DNA of 64,000 nucleotides from Candidatus Moraniibacteriota bacterium (GTDB lineage Bacteria; Patescibacteriota; Minisyncoccia; Moranbacterales; UBA1568): NCBI GenBank assembly GCA_016699875.1, contig CP064989.1, positions 520,788 to 584,787 of the forward strand, read 5' to 3'. Shown piece by piece: positions 58,360 to 64,000 of this stretch (position 1 is its first letter; each line of letters starts with the position of its first letter). The notes under the pieces were generated by a model. It saw only the letters and a program-made list of their open reading frames with translations, ran no database searches and was not told where the DNA came from. The position numbers and the translations under genes were made by a program.

Positions 58360-58845
58360 CTATACTCGCAAGGACTCTGCACGTTCGTCTATGCTTTCTC
58401 CATTGGGAGTGACGGTGAACTGATAAATGGACCCGTCATACTGGTCGATTTTATATGTTCGAATCGGCTTGCCAAGGAGTCTGGCTATGGAGGTGAAAGC
58501 GACTGGAGTAAGTGGATAAGGATCAATATCTTCGTATCGGCGAGTTTCCCAAATCCATCGCTTCTGCCTGTTCAGTAAGGAATTGTGGTAGTAACTGAGC
58601 TGCCACCATTTTCTCTTTTTGACGATACCATCCGAAACAAGCTGGTTATAGACGGCTTGGGGGGTTATTCCGAGGGCTGAGAGGAGTCGCGTGAAGGGTA
58701 TTGTCCCCACACTTTCGTCTCCAAGAGTCACTTTTTGCCATGAAGGGAAGTTAAAATTCTTTGCACTGATTCCTATTGCTGCATTGTTGTAAAATGCGCG
58801 AAGAATTTCGCTATCCAAGGGTTGGGGAACTTCAATCTCAGGCAT
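58360..58845 (-). CDS. Hypothetical protein
   Basis: AAGGAGAG SD 6 nt upstream; 161 aa; Trp/Tyr-rich, no domain recognised. Confidence 0.55.
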   Translation of the reverse strand: MPEIEVPQPLDSEILRAFYNNAAIGISAKNFNFPSWQKVTLGDESVGTIPFTRLLSALGITPQAVYNQLVSDGIVKKRKWWQLSYYHNSLLNRQKRWIWETRRYEDIDPYPLTPVAFTSIARLLGKPIRTYKIDQYDGSIYQFTVTPNGESIDERAESLRV

Positions 58846-59032
58846 CTTTCTCTCCTTTTAAGTTATTAAAACAACTACAATGATTTTGGACCGAAGTGAA
58901 AATAGTGTATTTCGAAATTAATTATTTGTCAAGTATCTGGTTGATACTTGTTGGTTTCCTGCTTGCGTTTTCGTTTCAACATGCGCTAGAGTAGAGAACT
59001 TACTGGAAATCCTATCTCATTCCTGACCCACT

Positions 59033-60559
59033 ATGCCTGCCAAGATTTTCTCTGCCGCAACACTCGGACTCGAAAGTGAGCTCGTCGAAGTGGAAGTCGA
59101 TGCCTTCAATACGGGTATGCATCACTTCACTGTCGTTGGACTTCCGGACACCACCATCAAGGAATCCCGCGATCGAGTGAGTTCTGCTCTCAAAAATAGC
59201 GGGTTTCTCCCGCCCCACCGATTCGGCCGCATCACCGTAAATCTCGCTCCTGCCGATCTGCCAAAAAATAGCCCGGTATACGACGTCCCGATGGCACTCG
59301 GCTTTCTCCTGGCAACCGAACAACTCTCCTTTGATTTCCACAACAAACTTTTCATCGGCGAGCTCTCCCTCGATGGAAAAGTCCGCCCCGTAAGCGGGGT
59401 TCTCCCCATCGCCCTCCTCGCCAAGAAGCTCGGCATACCGGAGCTCTACGTGCCCGAGAAAAACGCCGCCGAAGCCGCTATGGTGCGAGACCTCCACATT
59501 GTCCCCATCACGTCTCTTTTTGAAGTTGCGCAGCACCTCTCGGGCGCCAAGGTAATTGAATCCGTCCCCGATATCGACATGGAAACGCTCTTCAGAGAAG
59601 AGACTTTCCTCCTCGATATGAAAGATGTGCGCGGACAAGAACACGCCAAGCGCGCGCTCGAAATCGCCGCAGCGGGCGGCCATAACATCTTGATGAGCGG
59701 GCCTCCAGGAAGCGGCAAAACAATCCTCGCCAAGACACTTCCTTCGATTCTTCCAAAACTCGATTTCGAAGAAAGCATCGAGATCACCAAAATCTTCTCT
59801 ATCGCCGGATTCCTCACACGAAACAGCACACTCGTCACGTCGCGGCCATTTCGTTCGCCGCATCACAGCGCGAGCGCCGTCTCGCTCGTGGGCGGAGGCT
59901 CCTTCCCTCGACCGGGAGAAATCAGCCTGGCTCACCGAGGCGTACTCTTCCTCGACGAATTCGGCGAATTTTCAAAAAATATTTTGGAAAACCTGCGCCA
60001 ACCGCTCGAAGACGGACACATCACCGTTTCTCGCGCCAAAGGCTCCCTTCATTTTCCGGCGCGATTCATCCTCGTTGCCGCGATGAATCCGTGTCCGTGC
60101 GGCAATATGGGCGACCCCGACCGCCTCTGCTCCTGCTCGCCACGCGAGACGCTTCGCTATAAGACGCGCATTTCCGGTCCTATCATGGATCGCATCGACC
60201 TTCATATCGATGTCCCACGCATCCCGTTCGAAAAGCTCGAAGCGCCTGAAAATGCCGAATCAAGCCTCACTATCCGAGAACGCGTTGAAAAAGCCCGTGC
60301 TATACAACGCGAACGATTCGCTCAGAAAGGCATATTCACCAATGCCGAAATGGGATCCGCTCTCATTCGAGAAGCCTGCCCACTCGACAGCGCCTCCAAG
60401 AGTCTCTTGAAGCAAGCTGTTTCCACCATGCGCCTCTCCGCCCGCGCCTACTACCGCCTCATCAAGCTCGCCCGAACCATCGCCGACCTCGAAGCCGCCG
60501 ACCATATCCTCCCCAAACACCTCGCCGAAGCAATACAGTATCGGTTTAAAACGGAGTAG
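59033..60559 (+). CDS. YifB/ComM-family Mg-chelatase-like AAA+ ATPase
   Basis: N-terminal Lon-like domain, Walker A GPPGSGKT, Walker B, arginine finger, C-terminal Mg-chelatase ChlI-like region. Confidence 0.9.
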   Translation: MPAKIFSAATLGLESELVEVEVDAFNTGMHHFTVVGLPDTTIKESRDRVSSALKNSGFLPPHRFGRITVNLAPADLPKNSPVYDVPMALGFLLATEQLSFDFHNKLFIGELSLDGKVRPVSGVLPIALLAKKLGIPELYVPEKNAAEAAMVRDLHIVPITSLFEVAQHLSGAKVIESVPDIDMETLFREETFLLDMKDVRGQEHAKRALEIAAAGGHNILMSGPPGSGKTILAKTLPSILPKLDFEESIEITKIFSIAGFLTRNSTLVTSRPFRSPHHSASAVSLVGGGSFPRPGEISLAHRGVLFLDEFGEFSKNILENLRQPLEDGHITVSRAKGSLHFPARFILVAAMNPCPCGNMGDPDRLCSCSPRETLRYKTRISGPIMDRIDLHIDVPRIPFEKLEAPENAESSLTIRERVEKARAIQRERFAQKGIFTNAEMGSALIREACPLDSASKSLLKQAVSTMRLSARAYYRLIKLARTIADLEAADHILPKHLAEAIQYRFKTE

Positions 60560-60667
60560 AGAAACATGAGTTTTCCGTTTCTGATAATTTGAAAAGCCTC
60601 GAGAAACCATTATGGTCTTCGAGGCTTTTTATATTCACACGTTAAGTTAAGTAGGCAGGTTGGACGT

Positions 60668-60919
60668 TTAAGCCAAAGGTTCTAGTCCTGAACCGTTGCA
60701 ATGTTCGCAGATGGATTCGACGTTCATGAATCCCGCCTTGACAATGATAGTTCCTTTTCCTTTACATTCCTTGCAACCATTTGGGCTATTAATTAGCCCT
60801 GTACCAGCACAATCTTCGCAATCCACTTGAACGCGAAAAGCTCCACGCGTAGCAATGACAGAACCGCTTCCATTGCAACTCGGGCAACGATCGCCAATTA
60901 ACTCCGGGTGATTTCTCAT
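60668..60919 (-). CDS. Stand-alone DnaJ-type zinc-finger domain protein (four CxxCxGxG repeats)
   Basis: CPSCNGSG, CEDCAGTG, CKECKGKG, CEHCNGSG; AGGAG SD before second ATG (60919). Confidence 0.6.
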   Translation of the reverse strand: MRNHPELIGDRCPSCNGSGSVIATRGAFRVQVDCEDCAGTGLINSPNGCKECKGKGTIIVKAGFMNVESICEHCNGSGLEPLA

Positions 60920-61275
60920 CTCTTCACTCCTCATCTTTCAATGTTCGGGGTATGCGACCGCACACCCAATGGACAAACACTGAATCCGAGGAGCGAAGCT
61001 GCACATTGGTAAAGAACATTGGAGTATACCGTAAAATTAACTATTTGTCAATATCGTTCGTCAAAAGAGGGTATTTCCTGATTTTTTTGGAATTTTCTGC
61101 TTTATCCTCGCATTTTCTCATATTTTCTTGTGTCAAAAACGTTTTCACAGCCATAAACCCCCTCCAAAAAGAGAATGGGAAAGCGTTTCAGACTTGCATT
61201 TTTGGTATTGCTACTTTATAAGAGATACTCTCCAAAAATCATTTTAGTTTTTTGTAACGATGAGCTTTGTGGAAC

Positions 61276-61302
61276 CTGGATTCCCGTCTTCACGGGAATG
61301 AC
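61276..61302. repeat. REP-like palindromic element copy 4 (ctggattcccgtcttcacgggaatgac)
   Basis: Same arms as copies 1-3 with variant loop. Confidence 0.7.
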
Positions 61303-61436
61303 AGAAAACTAAAATCTCTCCGAAGTTAGCAATACCAAATTTTTCAAACGAATTGACGCCGTTCCATGTCACGAGGCACAATGGGGAAGTGGCACGAATT
61401 TCCCCACAACTCGTTGTGCAATCCTTGTTTGGCGCC

Positions 61437-62348
61437 ATGGGGATTGGCGGAGCGATGCTTTTCTTTTTTCCTCAAAGCAAAGCAATAGAAACTACGACAA
61501 AACCGCAAAGTATTCCAATTTCTCTCTCGATTGACAGTCTCACTCTCCCGGAAAGAGCCCTTCCGAATGAAACGGTGGAAAAGTTCCTTGAACGCCTCAG
61601 TATTTCACATACCAAAGATGATACACTAACTCCAAACCCGGAAACCGTTCTCAGTGCAAATACCACTGTCACCATTGAAACCGCCAAACACTATTCAATA
61701 ACAACCAAAACAGGAAAGAAGGAAGGTGTCACAACACTTCATACCGTAGAGCAACTCCTCAATGAGCAGAGAGTTTCACTTGGCAAAAACGATCTTGTCA
61801 CCCCAGAGCCAGAGAAAGCGCTCACGGATGGCATAAAGATTTCCGTTATCAAAGTGGACATTCGAGAGGAAATCCTAAAGAAGCCGCTCCCGTTTGAAAC
61901 CAAAGAGACTGAGGATTCGACCCTCTCATGGAGGAAGCGCCTCATAACACAAAAAGGCGATAAAGGTATTCGAGAGCTCACGTATGAAGTCATCTCCCAT
62001 GACGGCAAAGAAATAAAAAGAACACTCAAGGAAAGTACGGTAACCAAAGAGCCCGTCACTGAAATAGCCACTCAAGGCACCAAAGTCGAAGTCGGGAAAA
62101 GCCACGCCGGGCTCGGATCATGGTATAGTTTCACCGGAACACTTTCAGCCGCGAACCCTTGGCTTCCTCTCGGAAGTTATGTGCGCGTCACCAATACCGA
62201 CAATGGGAAATCCGTTATTGTCCGCATCAATGACCGCGGTCCATTCGGGAAAAACCGCATTATCGATCTCGACAAAGTCGCTTTCAAAGAAATCGCCTCG
62301 CTCGGCGCCGGAATCATCCCCGTCAAAGTGGAAGAAATAACAAACTGA
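61437..62348 (+). CDS. G5-domain plus RlpA-like double-psi beta-barrel protein (YabE/YocH-like cell-wall protein)
   Basis: G5 repeat region (RELTYEV...KEPVTEI), C-terminal DPBB: GLGSWYSF...SYVRVTNTDNGKSVIVRINDRGPFG; start at MGIGGAML after N-terminal TM. Confidence 0.75.
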   Translation: MGIGGAMLFFFPQSKAIETTTKPQSIPISLSIDSLTLPERALPNETVEKFLERLSISHTKDDTLTPNPETVLSANTTVTIETAKHYSITTKTGKKEGVTTLHTVEQLLNEQRVSLGKNDLVTPEPEKALTDGIKISVIKVDIREEILKKPLPFETKETEDSTLSWRKRLITQKGDKGIRELTYEVISHDGKEIKRTLKESTVTKEPVTEIATQGTKVEVGKSHAGLGSWYSFTGTLSAANPWLPLGSYVRVTNTDNGKSVIVRINDRGPFGKNRIIDLDKVAFKEIASLGAGIIPVKVEEITN

Positions 62349-62373
62349 AGGACCAAATTCAAAAATTTCCCCT

Positions 62374-63174
62374 ATGCTTCCCAAAAAATCATTGAGTCAA
62401 AACTTCCTTCGAGATGCGGATATTCTCCGAAATATCGCAGATGAAGCCGATTCTTCCGATATCATCGTTGAAATCGGCGCCGGAGAAGGCGCGCTTACGG
62501 ACACATTGGCACAAAAGGCAAAAAAAGTCGTCGCTCTGGAATTTGATCGAGATCTTATCCCGGGACTCCTCAATCGCTTCCCCCTTTCTTCGAATGTTTC
62601 CGTTGTCGAAACAAACATTCTTCGCACGGATATTCCGGAAACTCTGAGGAAACACGGGTGGCGAGATGAGCCATACGCTCTCTTTGGAAATATTCCCTAT
62701 GCGATTACCGGGAAAATCATTCGTCTGCTCGTCTCACTCGATCCGGCGCCACGCACCATCGTCCTCATGGTACAGCGAGAAGTCGCGGAGCGAATCGTCA
62801 TAAAGAATGGGAAACAAAGCCTCCTTTCACTCGCAGTCGCCCTCTTTGGCACGCCGGAAATATTGTTTCTCGTACCAAAAGAGGCGTTCTTCCCAGCGCC
62901 ACGCGTTGAAAGCGCGGTTCTACGAATCACACCGGATCCCAATCGCCTCCCCATCGACAAACGCGAAAGTATTCTCCGTCTCGCCAAGATCGGCTTTGCC
63001 TCCAAACGAAAAACACTCATGAACAACTTCGCCGCGCACCGAGAACACCCGAGAGAAATAATAGAAAAGATCCTCAAAATCATCGGAAAACCCTTAAATG
63101 CCCGCGCCGAAGAACTGTCGAAAGAAGCGTGGACAAGACTTCAAGAGACTATCTGTAGGGTCGATAAATCTTGA
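62374..63174 (+). CDS. rsmA: 16S rRNA (adenine1518/1519-N6)-dimethyltransferase
   Basis: LSQNFL start motif, SAM-binding IVEIGAGEGALT, NIPY motif. Confidence 0.92.
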   Translation: MLPKKSLSQNFLRDADILRNIADEADSSDIIVEIGAGEGALTDTLAQKAKKVVALEFDRDLIPGLLNRFPLSSNVSVVETNILRTDIPETLRKHGWRDEPYALFGNIPYAITGKIIRLLVSLDPAPRTIVLMVQREVAERIVIKNGKQSLLSLAVALFGTPEILFLVPKEAFFPAPRVESAVLRITPDPNRLPIDKRESILRLAKIGFASKRKTLMNNFAAHREHPREIIEKILKIIGKPLNARAEELSKEAWTRLQETICRVDKS

Positions 63175-63306
63175 CAAATATTATAGAGACGCACTACACT
63201 GCAATGTCCTTTAACAAACAAGGGTATCTTTACTCCTCACTTCCAACATTTGTCCGCAGAACCCGCAGTCGCGAGTTCCGAATGTTGAAACATGAGGAGT
63301 AAGGCC

Positions 63307-63747
63307 GTGCAAAGCAAAGAACAAACTGCCGAAGAAAGACGGAAGGAAATTGTTGGTTGCCTCATAGAAGGTATCAACCTCTTAACACCTGGAGGAGCAA
63401 AAGCAGCTATCGAAATGGTTATTCAGCATGACGGATGGCAACAAGCGTTTTTTGAGCAAGAAAAGATTCAGAAATGCTCAACGCGTGAGGCTGTCGAATT
63501 AGCATTAGCTGTTCGTGCCCACTTTTGGGCAGAGTACTACTCCAACTTTAGGAATAAAGTCATCGCCCTAGCATTAAAAAAGTTGGAAGAATATCAAGAA
63601 GGAACCTGCCCCGAACCCTCAGAAAATCTCCTTGTGGAAATAGTTATGAAATTTCATGGAAGATCAGGAGCTGACCATTTTGCAGAAATCGCAGAAAAGC
63701 TCCTTCTCAATTTGATAAGAAAAAGAAGGGGCGCGCCTTCGCACTAA
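63307..63747 (+). CDS. Hypothetical protein
   Basis: GTG start preceded by GAGGAGTAAGG SD; 146 aa; no domain recognised. Confidence 0.45.
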   Translation: MQSKEQTAEERRKEIVGCLIEGINLLTPGGAKAAIEMVIQHDGWQQAFFEQEKIQKCSTREAVELALAVRAHFWAEYYSNFRNKVIALALKKLEEYQEGTCPEPSENLLVEIVMKFHGRSGADHFAEIAEKLLLNLIRKRRGAPSH

Positions 63748-64000
63748 AAGTTTTCCACAACGAAAACACCGTGAAGGAAAACGAACCCCAATATCCACCA
63801 AAAGACTGACCGGTAGGTAATACTGCCGGTTTTTTGTTTCATGGCGAGAACCACCCAAAAAGACGCTCCACCAAAAAGAAGTGCCGGAAGAAACAAAGAT
63901 GGTATGCGAAACACAAACACACTCGCTATAAAAGACAGGAAAATTCCGGAACCAATTAAAAGTTTTGCTCGACGAACCCCAAAAAGCACGGGAATAGTCC
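63744..64000 (-). CDS. Partial hydrophobic membrane protein (3' end; gene continues beyond window)
   Basis: Open minus-strand frame to window edge with TM-like segments (FLPALLFGGASFWVVLA, WWILGFVFLHGVFVV). Confidence 0.35.
   Translation of the reverse strand, partial: TIPVLFGVRRAKLLIGSGIFLSFIASVFVFRIPSLFLPALLFGGASFWVVLAMKQKTGSITYRSVFWWILGFVFLHGVFVVENF

Overview
This 64-kb bacterial chromosomal segment uses the standard genetic code. UGA, UAA and UAG all terminate recognisable genes, for example pnp ends in TGA and infB in TAA. The six-frame track holds many long spurious antisense ORFs, which is typical of moderately GC-rich coding DNA; I resolved these by protein-likeness and ribosome-binding sites.

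The core gene content is housekeeping:
- infB, the CCA-adding enzyme, and class Ia ribonucleotide reductase nrdA-nrdB
- Fe/Mn superoxide dismutase and a peroxiredoxin
- an RluA-family pseudouridine synthase, S1 (rpsA), S15 (rpsO), gyrA, L19 (rplS), rbfA-nrnA and a family-4 UDG
- ftsH-tilS-gmk, glmS, pnp, yraN, lspA, a ComM/YifB ATPase and rsmA/ksgA

Gene order is scrambled relative to the classic nusA-infB-rbfA-rpsO-pnp arrangement. The inventory (GIY-YIG, DUF1653, DUF4446, NYN, YabE-like G5/RlpA, YuiC-like 3D domain) suggests a Gram-positive-like or candidate-phyla-type uncultivated bacterium, but the lineage cannot be assigned from sequence alone.

Twelve tRNA genes are present in four clusters. 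Three of the clusters are followed by visibly AT-richer accessory segments.

The stand-out features are:
1. A 1.7-kb gene-free stretch (39.8-41.5 kb) packed with about 16 near-consensus parS (ParB-binding) palindromes.
2. A GIY-YIG nuclease gene exactly bracketed by 26/27-bp perfect inverted repeats of a palindromic REP-like element that recurs elsewhere in the window.
3. A repeat-punctuated, cassette-like accessory array immediately downstream of tRNA-Pro/tRNA-Leu (11.5-15.6 kb).
4. A tRNA-Gly-associated islet carrying a SET-domain methyltransferase flanked by a duplicated att-like sequence, followed by a NUDIX gene, a decayed second SET copy and an alpha/beta-hydrolase::receiver-domain fusion.
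5. A 56-aa Gly-rich Cys-terminated peptide gene beside a ~450-bp GC-rich highly structured non-coding region.

No rRNA, CRISPR array or recognisable transposase/integrase is present.
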